From an uncultured bacterium (GTDB lineage: Bacteria > Patescibacteriota > Minisyncoccia > UBA6257 > 2-01-FULL-56-20), in contig OY970382.1 of NCBI GenBank assembly GCA_963719425.1, positions 135,888-199,887 of the forward strand: DNA of 64,000 nt, given 5' to 3'. Position numbers and translations under genes: made by a program. The notes below the pieces were generated by a model, which saw nothing but the letters and a program-made list of their open reading frames with translations, had not been told where the DNA came from and made no database searches. Shown here in pieces: positions 47,904-57,717 of this stretch (position 1 is its first letter; each line of letters begins with the position of its first letter).

Positions 47904-47990
47904 TACCTCAATTCTACCAGAATAGGAAAAACCTACGCCTCTCGGTCTGCCCGGCACTCATATTTGTATGGTATCCTAGGAAAGAAACGG

Positions 47991-48293
47991 ATGAAATATA
48001 ACAAGCTTGTGCGCGACAAGATTCCCACATACATCCGCAAAAAAGGTGGGAAGCCAGTTTATCACGTGGCGACTCGAGCGGAGTACTGGAAGAAGTTGAA
48101 GGAAAAGCTGCACGAAGAGATCAAGGAATTTGTGCGGGACGAGAGTCCTGAGGAATTCGCCGATCTCCTTGAGGTGCTGGGTGCAATCGCAAATTACAAG
48201 AAATTTGACCGAAAGCGAATAGCAAAGCTGAGAGCAAAAAAGGTAAAGGAACGAGGACGGTTCGAGAAGCGAATCGTTCTTGACGAAGCTTAG
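47991..48293 (+). CDS. MazG-like nucleoside triphosphate pyrophosphohydrolase
   Basis: YNKLVRDKIP, KLHEEIKEF, EEFADLLEV and KERGRF. Confidence 0.85.
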   Translation: MKYNKLVRDKIPTYIRKKGGKPVYHVATRAEYWKKLKEKLHEEIKEFVRDESPEEFADLLEVLGAIANYKKFDRKRIAKLRAKKVKERGRFEKRIVLDEA

Positions 48294-48297
48294 TTCT

Positions 48298-48564
48298 ATG
48301 AAAATTTCCAAAAAATCTTTTTCCAAAAAAGTATATGCCGTCGTCGCGAAGATCCCACGCGGGAAGACGTTGACCTATCGGGAGGTCGCGCGGCGGGCGG
48401 GGAGTCCGCGGGCATACCGCGCGGTCGGGAATATTTTGAACAAAAACCGCGATCCGCGCGTGCCGTGCCATCGCGTCACGCGCTCGGACGGCGATCCGGG
48501 CGGATTTGCATGGGGCCGCAAAAAGAAGATAATGATGTTGCGGCGCGAAGGGGCGCTCCCGTAG
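48298..48564 (+). CDS. O6-methylguanine-DNA methyltransferase (MGMT) C-terminal domain
   Basis: IPRGKTLTY, RAVG and PCHRV. Confidence 0.9.
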   Translation: MKISKKSFSKKVYAVVAKIPRGKTLTYREVARRAGSPRAYRAVGNILNKNRDPRVPCHRVTRSDGDPGGFAWGRKKKIMMLRREGALP

Positions 48565-48573
48565 GGAAATAAC

Positions 48574-49041
48574 ATGTCAACGCTCAAGAAATTGAAAATA
48601 ATCGCGATCGCTTTCGCAGTTATCATCGTGATTCTTCTGGGTGCGCTTTTGTTTGTGAAGCCGGTCCAGGGACCTACGGTGCCCGTGGCCGGGAACTCCG
48701 CACCGGCCACTTCGCCCGACGGGCGCGTCATCGTGACGTCGCCGCTCCCGAATGTGCTTGTTTCTTCACCTCTCGCGGTCGCGGGAACCGTGACCGGCGG
48801 CGGATGGTTCTTTGAAGCGGTCTTTCCGGTGAAGGTTCTGGATGGCGATGGCACGGTGCTCGGACAAGGCCAAGCACAGGCGCAAAGCGACTGGATGACG
48901 ACCGGCACTGTACCTTTCGCAGTGAGCATTCCATTTACCACACCCAAACATGCGACCGGCACGATCGTATTTGCAAAAGACAATCCGTCCGGCCTGCCGC
49001 AGAACGCGGAGGAATTCAGCGTTCCGGTACGGTTTCGGTAG
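48574..49041 (+). CDS. Gmad2 Ig-like domain membrane protein
   Basis: TM helix, SPLAVAG, WFFEAVFPV, DWMT and KDNPSGLP. Confidence 0.85.
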   Translation: MSTLKKLKIIAIAFAVIIVILLGALLFVKPVQGPTVPVAGNSAPATSPDGRVIVTSPLPNVLVSSPLAVAGTVTGGGWFFEAVFPVKVLDGDGTVLGQGQAQAQSDWMTTGTVPFAVSIPFTTPKHATGTIVFAKDNPSGLPQNAEEFSVPVRFR

Positions 49042-49048
49042 AATTCCA

Positions 49049-49525
49049 ATGATAGAAGACAATCTTCGGGCGAGTTTGGCGGAGAGTTTTTCCCGAACGG
49101 GACATCAGGTCTTCGAAAGCGTCGCGGGGGCAGATAGCGAGTTGTGGACTGCTGTCGAGGGGGAGTTGCAGCGCGGTTTAGGCTGGAGCGGAGAAGAAGC
49201 GCAGGAATTCGTGGATGCCGGGCACGAAGCGTTTATAAATGCGGTGCAGCATGGCAACAAGGACAATGCTACGGGGGAAGGGGGAAGAAGGGTAACGGTC
49301 ACTTGGAATCTTGGCAGAGAAGAAACTGAAGTGACCGTTGAGGACGAAGGGAAAGGATTCAATATTAGTGAGGCCCCCGACCCTCTCGCTGGAGAGAACC
49401 TGCTTAAGGGAAGCGGTCGAGGCCTTTTTCTCATGAGGAAATATTGCAGCGAGGTGAAGGTTTCAGAGGGAGAAGGAGGGAAGGGGTGCAAGGTAACCTT
49501 GATAAAGAGGCGAAAATCTGCATAA
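49049..49525 (+). CDS. RsbW-like HATPase (anti-sigma/Ser kinase)
   Basis: EAFINAVQHGN, VEDEGKGF and GRGLFLM. Confidence 0.85.
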   Translation: MIEDNLRASLAESFSRTGHQVFESVAGADSELWTAVEGELQRGLGWSGEEAQEFVDAGHEAFINAVQHGNKDNATGEGGRRVTVTWNLGREETEVTVEDEGKGFNISEAPDPLAGENLLKGSGRGLFLMRKYCSEVKVSEGEGGKGCKVTLIKRRKSA

Positions 49526-49535
49526 ATTAATTTCA

Positions 49536-49688
49536 ATGAAACACTACATTTGCACCGGCGAGTGCGCCGGAGTTTCGGAGAAGCCGGGAGTGTGCCAGTC
49601 GCCCACGTGCTCAAAGCACGGCACACCACTCAGCGAGTGTGACTGCGAAGACGGGAAGCACGGGAAGAAGGACGAACAGAAAAAATAG
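49536..49688 (+). CDS. 50-aa Cys/His-rich metal-binding peptide (not in the ORF track)
   Basis: MKHYICTGECAGVSEKPGVCQSPTCSKHGTPLSECDCEDGKHGKKDEQKK*. Confidence 0.75.
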   Translation: MKHYICTGECAGVSEKPGVCQSPTCSKHGTPLSECDCEDGKHGKKDEQKK

Positions 49689-50256
49689 GGAGGCGGCGGA
49701 GCGCGGAGTCCCGCAGCGCAAAATTATATTTTTTGTTTGCCCAAACGGCGCCGGCGTAGTCCACGCCGACGCGCTTTTGGGCGGCGATTGCTGTGCGAGG
49801 GATTCTTACGCCTCGGTCCTCAAACCAGAGGCCGTTTCTTTTTGAAGCGCGTTTTCCGTTCTGCGCACGGCCGACGTGCAGAAACTTTGTGAAACGTGCA
49901 GGACCTTGCACGCGGCGCAGTGCGCCCATCTCGCGATCTCTAGAAACACCGGCGCGGAGGAGGACGGCTGCGGGATAGCCGCGCGGTCCCGTCACGATAT
50001 TTGCGAGCCAGTGCATCCCGTACGTGAAATACACATAGAAGCGGCCGGCCTCGCCGAACATGAGCTCATTACGCGGCGTGCGGCCGCGGCTCGCGTGCGA
50101 GGCCATATCGCGCGGTCCGTCATAGGCTTCCACCTCGGTCACCATGAGCGCGATCGTTTTCCCGCGGTAGTACCGCACAAGGTATTTTCCAAGGAGCCCT
50201 TTTGCAACCGCAAGCGTCGGCCTGTCGTAGAACGATTTGGCGAGTGCTTTTCGCAT
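49630..50256 (-). CDS. DNA-3-methyladenine glycosylase (MPG/AAG)
   Basis: EVEAYDG, YVYFTYGMH, AVLLRA and GPA. Confidence 0.9.
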   Translation of the reverse strand: MRKALAKSFYDRPTLAVAKGLLGKYLVRYYRGKTIALMVTEVEAYDGPRDMASHASRGRTPRNELMFGEAGRFYVYFTYGMHWLANIVTGPRGYPAAVLLRAGVSRDREMGALRRVQGPARFTKFLHVGRAQNGKRASKRNGLWFEDRGVRIPRTAIAAQKRVGVDYAGAVWANKKYNFALRDSALRRLPIFSVRPSSRASRLRSHTR

Positions 50257-50299
50257 GGTTCGTATATAATATTAAAGCACGATACGTGCTTATAGTCTT

Positions 50300-52729
50300 A
50301 TGATAGACGAGAGAAAACAAACCATTCCTACCATTCTCGTGGTCCTGGGCGCCACGGGCGACCTTATGGCAAAAAAGATCGTGCCGGCGCTTTTTAATTT
50401 GCATGTGAAAAAGCGGTTGCCGCCAAGGTTCAAGCTCGTAGGTGTTTCAAGGCGCGCGTGGGGCGACGACGATCTCCGTACGCACCTCCGCACCATTCTT
50501 GAAAAGAGGACATCGCATGCCTCCGCCGCAACCATACGATCGTTCCTTGACCTTGCCGTGTATCATCGGTTGGTATTTGACTCGCCGAAGGACTACCTGG
50601 CACTCAACGATCTTTTAAAGAAGATTGACGACACGTGGGGCATGTGTGCGAACAAACTTTTTTATCTTTCGGTCCCGCCGCAGTTTTACTCGCTCATCCT
50701 TGCCCATCTGCACCGCAGTCATCTGACCGACGGCTGCGGCCCGAACGAGGGATGGACGCGCGTGATCGTGGAAAAGCCGTTCGGCAACGATGAAAAGAGC
50801 GCGAAAGCGCTTAATGCCCAACTTACAAAGCTCTTTCGGGAGGAACAAGTGTATCGGATAGATCATTATCTTGCGAAGGAGATGTTGCAGAATATTCTGA
50901 TGTTCCGGTTCGCGAACGATCTTTTCGAAAGCGAATGGACGAGCCGCACGCTAGAGAGCGTCCACATCCGCCTATTTGAGCAGATCGGCGTTGAGGGACG
51001 CGGTGCGTTCTACGATCATGTGGGCGCCTTGCAGGATGTGGGCCAGAACCATCTTTTGCAAATGCTCGCGCTCATTGCCATGGAGCGGCCCGTGCGGTAC
51101 GATGCTCACGCGATCCGCCCGCTCCGTGTGGAGCTTTTGAGGCACCTCATCGTTCAGACGCCCCGTGAGGCCGCCAAGAACTCGTTTCGCGCGCAATACG
51201 ACGGCTACCGCTCTATGGAAGGGGTTGCTCCCCATTCAAAAACCGAAACGTACTTTCGGATCAAGGGGTTTCTCTCTGGTGCGCGATGGGAAGGGATGCC
51301 GATTTTCATGGAAAGCGGGAAGCGACTCGGCGAGCCGCAGAAAGAGATTGAGATCGTGCTGCGCCACGAACAGCCCTGCCTTTGCGGAGGGAAAGAACAC
51401 CATCACAACCGTATTTTCATCAACCTTGAGCCTACGGAGGGGATAACGATCAGATTTCATTCAAAGAAGCCGGGACACACGTTTGAGTTCGAAGAACGGA
51501 CGTTGAACTTTGACTTCCGAGAATCGGTCCGTCGTGCACAGTATACCGAGGAGTACGAAAGGCTGATCTTGGACTGCATCGCGGGCGACCAGACACTCTT
51601 TGTTTCAAGTGAGGAGGTCGCCGCTATGTGGAAGTTCATAGACCCGTTCATCATTGCGTGGAAAAAGAACTTGGTTCCGCTGCGGTACTACGCGCCGGGC
51701 GGCCGTAAGATTGTCGCTGAAGCGGCGGTGTTTGATGATGCGGTGGAAAAAGACGGGACTCTAGCGCTTCCAAAGGAAATAGGCGTTTTTGGGCTTGGGA
51801 GGATGGGCGCGAACGTGGCGCGGCAGCTGCGCGATAAAGGATGGCGCGTCATCGCGGCCAATCGCTCGCCGGAGCCCTTGCAACAGCTGGAGAGCGAAGG
51901 TTTTGAAGCGGCGTATTCTCTCGCGGAACTCGCGGCGAAGCTCGCGGTGCCGCGAAGACATTCGCCGCGCGTGGTCTGGCTCATGATCACTGCCGGAAAA
52001 GGAGTGGACAAATTTCTCTTCGGGACTCGCGGCAAGGATGGCCTTGTGCCGCACCTTAAGAAAGGTGACATCGTGATAGACGCCGGCAACTCGTTTTTTG
52101 AGGACAGTGTGCGCCGCGCGAAACTCCTCGGCAAGCGCGGTATCCGGTTCGTGGATGTCGGCTTCTCGGGCGGCCCACGCGGTGCGCGCTACGGCGGCTC
52201 GCTCATGATCGGCGGCGACCGCAAAACATTTGAATATTTGGAGCCGCTCTTCGCCGACCTCTCCGTGCCCTTGGGCTACGCGTATTTCGGTGATGCGGGC
52301 GCAGGCCATTTCGTGAAGATGGTCCACAACGGCATTGAATACGGTATGATGCAGTCCTTGGCGGAAGGGTTCGCACTCATGAGGAAGTCGCCATTCAAGC
52401 TTGACCTTGAAAAGATTGCGCGCGTATATAACCGCGGCAGCGTCATTGAGTCGCGGCTCGTCGGATGGATGGAAGAAGTGTTCCGCATGTACGGCAAGGA
52501 TCTGCGTACGGTATCCGGCATCGTTCACGCGACCGGCGAAGGCGAGTGGACCATAAAAACCGGCCGCAAGTGGCGCGTGAAACTGCCGGCGATAGAAGAT
52601 GCATTCAAGTTCCGCACGCGTTCACAACGCGCGCCGAGCTATATGGGCCGAATTCTCTCCGCGCTCCGCAATCGCTTCGGCGGCCATGCGATAGGGGAAA
52701 AGAAAGAAACCAAAAACAAAAAAATATGA
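50300..52729 (+). CDS. zwf-gnd: Fused glucose-6-phosphate dehydrogenase / 6-phosphogluconate dehydrogenase
   Basis: GATGDL, EKPFG and RIDHYLAKE, then GLGRMG, DAGN and VKMVHNGIEYG in one frame. Confidence 0.92.
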   Translation: MIDERKQTIPTILVVLGATGDLMAKKIVPALFNLHVKKRLPPRFKLVGVSRRAWGDDDLRTHLRTILEKRTSHASAATIRSFLDLAVYHRLVFDSPKDYLALNDLLKKIDDTWGMCANKLFYLSVPPQFYSLILAHLHRSHLTDGCGPNEGWTRVIVEKPFGNDEKSAKALNAQLTKLFREEQVYRIDHYLAKEMLQNILMFRFANDLFESEWTSRTLESVHIRLFEQIGVEGRGAFYDHVGALQDVGQNHLLQMLALIAMERPVRYDAHAIRPLRVELLRHLIVQTPREAAKNSFRAQYDGYRSMEGVAPHSKTETYFRIKGFLSGARWEGMPIFMESGKRLGEPQKEIEIVLRHEQPCLCGGKEHHHNRIFINLEPTEGITIRFHSKKPGHTFEFEERTLNFDFRESVRRAQYTEEYERLILDCIAGDQTLFVSSEEVAAMWKFIDPFIIAWKKNLVPLRYYAPGGRKIVAEAAVFDDAVEKDGTLALPKEIGVFGLGRMGANVARQLRDKGWRVIAANRSPEPLQQLESEGFEAAYSLAELAAKLAVPRRHSPRVVWLMITAGKGVDKFLFGTRGKDGLVPHLKKGDIVIDAGNSFFEDSVRRAKLLGKRGIRFVDVGFSGGPRGARYGGSLMIGGDRKTFEYLEPLFADLSVPLGYAYFGDAGAGHFVKMVHNGIEYGMMQSLAEGFALMRKSPFKLDLEKIARVYNRGSVIESRLVGWMEEVFRMYGKDLRTVSGIVHATGEGEWTIKTGRKWRVKLPAIEDAFKFRTRSQRAPSYMGRILSALRNRFGGHAIGEKKETKNKKI

Positions 52730-53190
52730 GCGACGATTATTACGAGAATTTACCACGGAAGCGGATGGGTGCCGGTGCATTGATCGTGAATGAAAAAGAC
52801 GAAGTTCTTATCGTGAAGCCGAGCTATAAAGATCACTGGTCAATACCCGGCGGTGTCATTGATAACAACGAATCCCCGAAGGGAGCATGTATGCGGGAAG
52901 TAAAAGAAGAAACATGCATTGATCTAAAAGAATGCCGATTTTTATGTGTTGATTACAAATCAAGCCGCAGTGAGACCGGGGAGAGTTTGCAATTTGTTTT
53001 CTTTGGTGGAAAACTAAGCGAACGGGACACACGAAATATCAAGCCGGATGGGAAAGAAATTATTGAATATCGATTTGTAAAAATAGACGAGGCTTTACCG
53101 TTATTGAGCGAATCGCTGCAAAAAAGATTGCCAAGGTGTTTGCGGGCATATAAGGAAAACACTGCTATTTATCTTGAAAATGGAAAATAA
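52726..53190 (+). CDS. Nudix hydrolase
   Basis: WSIPGGVIDNNESPKGACMREVKEET. Confidence 0.88.
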   Translation: MSDDYYENLPRKRMGAGALIVNEKDEVLIVKPSYKDHWSIPGGVIDNNESPKGACMREVKEETCIDLKECRFLCVDYKSSRSETGESLQFVFFGGKLSERDTRNIKPDGKEIIEYRFVKIDEALPLLSESLQKRLPRCLRAYKENTAIYLENGK

Positions 53191-53404
53191 ACTGAAACCG
53201 GGCACCTACGAGCATTTTAAAGGGAATAAATATGAGGTAATTGGCGTTGCAATGCACAGCGAAACGGGCGAGAAAATGGTGGTGTATCAGGCGTTATATG
53301 GAAAGAGGAAGATGTGGGTGCGGCCACTCGAGATGTTTAAGGAGAAGGTCGGGGCCAAGGGACAAAAGACACCGAGATTCAGGTTTATAAAAACAAAAAC
53401 ATGA
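53180..53404 (+). CDS. DUF1653 domain protein
   Basis: YEHFKG.KYEV..VA.HSET...VVYQALY...WVRP..MF. Confidence 0.9.
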   Translation: MENKLKPGTYEHFKGNKYEVIGVAMHSETGEKMVVYQALYGKRKMWVRPLEMFKEKVGAKGQKTPRFRFIKTKT

Positions 53405-54069
53405 AAATCGTTGTATTGCACGGCTGGGGGCAGGATAGGAGAGTGTGGGAGGCATTCGCCGCCATTTTCCGAAAAGGGGATGTCGTTGTGTTTGATCTTC
53501 CTGGCTTCGGGAGCGAGCCGAGTACGGTTCCGAATTGGGGCATCCCGGAGTACGCCGGATGGGTGAAATCCCGCGTGCACGAACTCCTGCCGGGAGAAAA
53601 TGACATTGTGCTCCTCGGGCATTCCTTTGGCGGGAGGATCGCGAGTTATATCGCGAGCCAAAATCCTCCCTGGCTTAGAGGATTAATCCTTTATAGCGCG
53701 CCGTCCCTGCGGCGGCCCAAGCTTTCCATCCGCCTCAAGATTGCGGGTGCGCGCGTTTTGAAAAAACTCGGCGTTCGCGGGCGGGGAGGGAATCTGGAGC
53801 TGCGAGAGGCCGACCAAAAAGGGATGGGAGAACTTTTTCGGAAAGCGGTTTCTTTTGACCAAGGCCGCCTCTTGCCGAAGATCAAAGTCCCCACGCTCCT
53901 TGTATGGGGAGAGAAGGACGCAGTGGTTCCCGTGAGCATCGCGCGGGAGATGCAGCGTCTGATTCCGGGAAGCAAGTTGGAAACAATAGAAAGGGCGGGG
54001 CACAATGCCCATCTCAAAAATCCCCATTTGTTCTATGGCATCGTCAAACGTTTTGTTGAGGGCCTTTAA
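53401..54069 (+). CDS. Alpha/beta hydrolase
   Basis: HGWG, DLPGFG, GHSFGG, WGEKD and AGH. Confidence 0.9.
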   Translation: MKIVVLHGWGQDRRVWEAFAAIFRKGDVVVFDLPGFGSEPSTVPNWGIPEYAGWVKSRVHELLPGENDIVLLGHSFGGRIASYIASQNPPWLRGLILYSAPSLRRPKLSIRLKIAGARVLKKLGVRGRGGNLELREADQKGMGELFRKAVSFDQGRLLPKIKVPTLLVWGEKDAVVPVSIAREMQRLIPGSKLETIERAGHNAHLKNPHLFYGIVKRFVEGL

Positions 54070-55390
54070 TACCCTTTTTCCCTTCGGGGATTTTCTCTAT
54101 ATCCTCCAGCAGGAGGACTATAGCAGCCGTCGCTATTTAAAATGGCTGCCGCGGTTTTTTCTGCGGCGTAACATCCAGATGCGGGATTGCCTGCGCTACA
54201 CGGCACGCGCCGTCGCGATTCTTGCGATCGCCCTTGCGATTTGGCTTGCGTCGCTTGCGGGCGTATTTTTCAATATGCCTTTTTGGTCCGCACGGGCGCT
54301 CGCGGCAATCGTGTGGCTGTTTGCGGTACCGCTATTCGTACTCGCCGCGAATATTGTTTCTATCCCTTTCTATTTGCCTATGAGGCGCGCGCGCATACGC
54401 CGTGCCGCGGAAAAGGCGCGCGCGGTGAATGGCCTGCGCATTGTGACGATCGCGGGAAGTTTCGGTAAGACGACGACGAAGAATTTCCTGTACGAACTTG
54501 TGCGGCACCATGCGGTGGTCCAGATGGTAGCGGGGAACGTAAACACGCCCTTGGGCATTGCGGGATGGGTCGTGGAACATCTGCGTCCCGATACGGAGAT
54601 TTTGATCGCGGAGGTGGATGCCTATCGGGCGGGCGAGATCAGGGAAAGTTGCCGCATCGTACCCGCCGATGTCGCCATCCTTACAAGCATCGGGCATCAA
54701 CATATGGAACGTTTCGGGAGTGTTCCGCGCCTGGCCGCGGCACTTGGCGAGGTTTTCATCTACGCGAAGCCGGGAGCAAAGCTGCTCGCACCGCCCGACG
54801 TTGCGCGCATGTTGGATCCTTTGATCGGCGGGCGACAAACGATCGTGGTGAAGGAGGGGGACGTGCCGGATACGGGTGCGCACCTCTCCGCATCGGCCCG
54901 TTCCGACCTTGCGCTTGCTGCACGGGCTGCGGAACTCTTGGGCGCGCCGGAAAGATTCATTAAAGACGCAGCCCAAAAACTTACACTTCCCGACCGCCGC
55001 CAAAAGGCGACCGTGTGGCATGGTTACGACTGCATTGACGATTCCTATAATATCAGCTTCCCGACCGCGCAGGCGGGAATCGCAGCCGCGGAATCGTTGG
55101 CGCGCGAAAAGGGGAAAAAGCTTCTTGCGGTCACCGCAGGGATTCCGGAGCTCGGGCCGGCGGACAAGAACGGGAACGAACACTTGGGAATGTTGCTTGC
55201 GGAAAAAGCCGATCACATCGTGGTACTCAAAAGCATGTTCGCGCAGGATATTGTCCGCGGCATCACCGATCATTCAAAATACACAATTGTAAAAAACCTC
55301 AACGCGTTCATAGAAATGGCCCCGAAGCGCTTCCCGCCGGAGCGGTGGGCGCTCTTATTGGAACCGGAACTCACCGACCTCTATTACTGA
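54035..55390 (+). CDS. murF: Mur ligase (MurF-like) with N-terminal TM segments
   Basis: GSFGKTTTK, NVNTPLG, QHMERFG, IDDSYN and ELG; start uncertain. Confidence 0.78.
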   Translation: MASSNVLLRAFNTLFPFGDFLYILQQEDYSSRRYLKWLPRFFLRRNIQMRDCLRYTARAVAILAIALAIWLASLAGVFFNMPFWSARALAAIVWLFAVPLFVLAANIVSIPFYLPMRRARIRRAAEKARAVNGLRIVTIAGSFGKTTTKNFLYELVRHHAVVQMVAGNVNTPLGIAGWVVEHLRPDTEILIAEVDAYRAGEIRESCRIVPADVAILTSIGHQHMERFGSVPRLAAALGEVFIYAKPGAKLLAPPDVARMLDPLIGGRQTIVVKEGDVPDTGAHLSASARSDLALAARAAELLGAPERFIKDAAQKLTLPDRRQKATVWHGYDCIDDSYNISFPTAQAGIAAAESLAREKGKKLLAVTAGIPELGPADKNGNEHLGMLLAEKADHIVVLKSMFAQDIVRGITDHSKYTIVKNLNAFIEMAPKRFPPERWALLLEPELTDLYY

Positions 55391-56514
55391 CTGACGAACC
55401 GTTCTACGATGTCGGTCTTGTAATCAAGATGCAGGCGACTTGCGTGCTCTGCGTCTTCCACTGCCTGCTCAATGAGATCGGAAATCTGTTGTTTGAAGGG
55501 GACCCCGCTCGCTTCCCAAAGGTGGAACGCCATGGAGCCCGGGATGGGGTTCAATTCCGTAAGGTAGAGTTTGCGGTCGCTCGTGTACATGAAGTCCGCC
55601 CGGATCATGCCTTTGCCGCGGCATGCGACGAACGCCTTCTTCGCCAGTTCCTGTATTTTTTGCTTCAGATTGTCGTCAATTTTTGCGGGAAGCTCGCGAT
55701 TCTGCGACGCCATGCCTCCTTGCGTCTTTTTTCCTCCGCGCTCGTATTTGTCCGCGAAGCTCAAGATTTCCTCTTTTGAAAGGGGCCGTTCCACTTCGCT
55801 CGCCTCAATATTGCCGTGCAGGAGCCGCACCGCGCAGTTGTATTCCACGAAAGAAGACAAGCATTTTTCCACAAGGATCTCCTTGTCCGTCAGAGCCGCT
55901 TCAAGGAGGAATTTTTCCAGCTCCACCTCCGTGCGGGCAATTTTGATGCCGATGCTCGAACCGAGATGTGCGGGCTTCACGATAACGGGAAGGCCAAGGC
56001 GGTCAGTAATTTTTTTTGCGCACTGCTCGGAGCCCGCTTTGATCTCGGACGAAAAAAGATCCATCCCCGGCACGACGTCAATGCCGGCCCTACTCGCCGT
56101 CTCCTTCGTGAGTTCCTTGTTCATCATGATGACCGATGCTTCTTGGCCAGGGGAGGTGAAGGGGATGCCCACGGCTTCAAGCAGCCCTTGCACGGGGCCG
56201 GATTCCCCTTGTCCGCCGTGCAACGCGAGATATGCGGCGTAGGGATAGATCTTCCGCACCGCAAGCCCTTTTATTTTTATAAAACCGCCGTTTGCATCTC
56301 TGCCAAACGTAAAGGCCTTCCGCGCCGCAGTGAGAAACTTGCGGCGATCCCGAAGGCCGGGGATGCAGAGGAATTTCCCCGCCTTATCTATGTACACCGC
56401 AAGCGGTTCATACGCGCTCCTATCAACATTTTCCAGTGCTTGAAGGCCCGTCACGACCGAGACCTCGTGCTCCGCCGATATGCCGCCGAAGACCATGAGA
56501 ATGCACCGTTTCAT
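55384..56514 (-). CDS. ddl: D-alanine--D-alanine ligase
   Basis: FGGISAEHEVS, LHGGQGESG, KPAHLGSSIG and ELNPIPG. Confidence 0.92.
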   Translation of the reverse strand: MKRCILMVFGGISAEHEVSVVTGLQALENVDRSAYEPLAVYIDKAGKFLCIPGLRDRRKFLTAARKAFTFGRDANGGFIKIKGLAVRKIYPYAAYLALHGGQGESGPVQGLLEAVGIPFTSPGQEASVIMMNKELTKETASRAGIDVVPGMDLFSSEIKAGSEQCAKKITDRLGLPVIVKPAHLGSSIGIKIARTEVELEKFLLEAALTDKEILVEKCLSSFVEYNCAVRLLHGNIEASEVERPLSKEEILSFADKYERGGKKTQGGMASQNRELPAKIDDNLKQKIQELAKKAFVACRGKGMIRADFMYTSDRKLYLTELNPIPGSMAFHLWEASGVPFKQQISDLIEQAVEDAEHASRLHLDYKTDIVERFVSQ

Positions 56515-56554
56515 GCTTTCAGTGTAACGCAGAAAGATTTATACTGAAAGCATG
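56512..56554. promoter_or_regulatory. Mirror-symmetric bidirectional leaderless promoter
   Basis: CATGCTTTCAGT...ACTGAAAGCATG; each strand reads TAYACT-GAAAGC-ATG. Confidence 0.65.
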
Positions 56555-57526
56555 ATGCTGGATGACATAAAAAATTATGCGCAGCAGTTCGCATATGAAC
56601 CGAAGGTGGAAAATGCGGCGAAATTGAAGCGGAAGTCCGCCAAGTTCTTGGTGGTAGGCATGGGCGGTTCACACCTTTCGGCAGATATTATAAAGGCGTG
56701 GCACCCGGGGTTGGATATCGTGGTTTGGTCAAATTACGGCCTCCCGCCGCTCCACGAGAAGGATCTCAAAGACCGGCTCGTCATTGCAAGTTCATATTCT
56801 GGCAATACCGAAGAAGTGATTGACGCCCTTAATGTGGCGCGGGCGAAGCGCCTCCGGGTGGCCGCGATCGCCTCGCGCGGGAAGTTGATCGCGCTTGCGC
56901 AGAAGTTCAAGCTGCCCTACGTGCAGGTCCCCGATTTTCACGCGCAGCCGCGGATGACCACGGGGCTCATGCTCATGGGGACGCTCGCACTTATAGGAGA
57001 GAAGACCTGGCTCTGGGAAGCGCGGGAACTTGCGACTATGTTGCATCCGGTACGAGAAGAGTATCGCGGCCGCGAGCTTGCGAAGCGGCTGCACGGAGCG
57101 GTGCCGGTGATCTACGCCTCGCTTCGCAACGCTACGATCGCGTATAACTGGAAGATAAGGTTCAATGAAACGGGGAAAATTCCCGCATTTTGCAATGTGG
57201 TTCCCGAAATGAACCATAACGAAATGACGGGTTTTGACGTGAAAGAGCGCACCGCGCCGCTTTCGCGCCATTTTCACTTTGTATTCCTGAAAGACGGCGG
57301 CGACGACTGGCGCATCACAAAGCGCATGAGCATCTTGGAGAAGCTCTACAAAGACCGCGGCCTCAAGGTGGAGGTCGTCCTCCTTCAAGGTAAGAACGAG
57401 CTCCATAAGATATTCACCGCGCTCAACCTCGCCGACTGGACGGCATACTACGAGGCAAAGCTCTACGGCAGTGAACCCAACGAGATACCGATGGTGGAGG
57501 AACTCAAAAAGCTCATCGGGCGGTAG
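56552..57526 (+). CDS. Bifunctional phosphoglucose/phosphomannose isomerase (SIS)
   Basis: GMGGS, SYSGNTEE, QPR, NETGK and PEMNHNE. Confidence 0.9.
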   Translation: MMLDDIKNYAQQFAYEPKVENAAKLKRKSAKFLVVGMGGSHLSADIIKAWHPGLDIVVWSNYGLPPLHEKDLKDRLVIASSYSGNTEEVIDALNVARAKRLRVAAIASRGKLIALAQKFKLPYVQVPDFHAQPRMTTGLMLMGTLALIGEKTWLWEARELATMLHPVREEYRGRELAKRLHGAVPVIYASLRNATIAYNWKIRFNETGKIPAFCNVVPEMNHNEMTGFDVKERTAPLSRHFHFVFLKDGGDDWRITKRMSILEKLYKDRGLKVEVVLLQGKNELHKIFTALNLADWTAYYEAKLYGSEPNEIPMVEELKKLIGR

Positions 57527-57711
57527 GGAGATCGGGAATCCGGATGTCTCTGCATATTTTCCTTGTGAGAAATGCTCTGATTTCTGAATGCCTTGGCAAC
57601 TGCGGTAATGCTTTTGTTTGCAGGATTGTAGTAAATAGAATGTTGTCCTCCTTCGCGGATTGAATGACAGCCATGCCGTTCAAGGTGGCGTACGAGATCT
57701 CGGCGCTTCAT
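57513..57711 (-). pseudogene. hicA: HicA toxin with a +1 frameshift
   Basis: MKRRDLVRHLERHGC..REGGQHSIY; deleting 1 nt near 57598 restores TAVPRHSEIRAFLTRKICRDIRIP. Confidence 0.8.
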
Positions 57712-57717
57712 AGCGCG

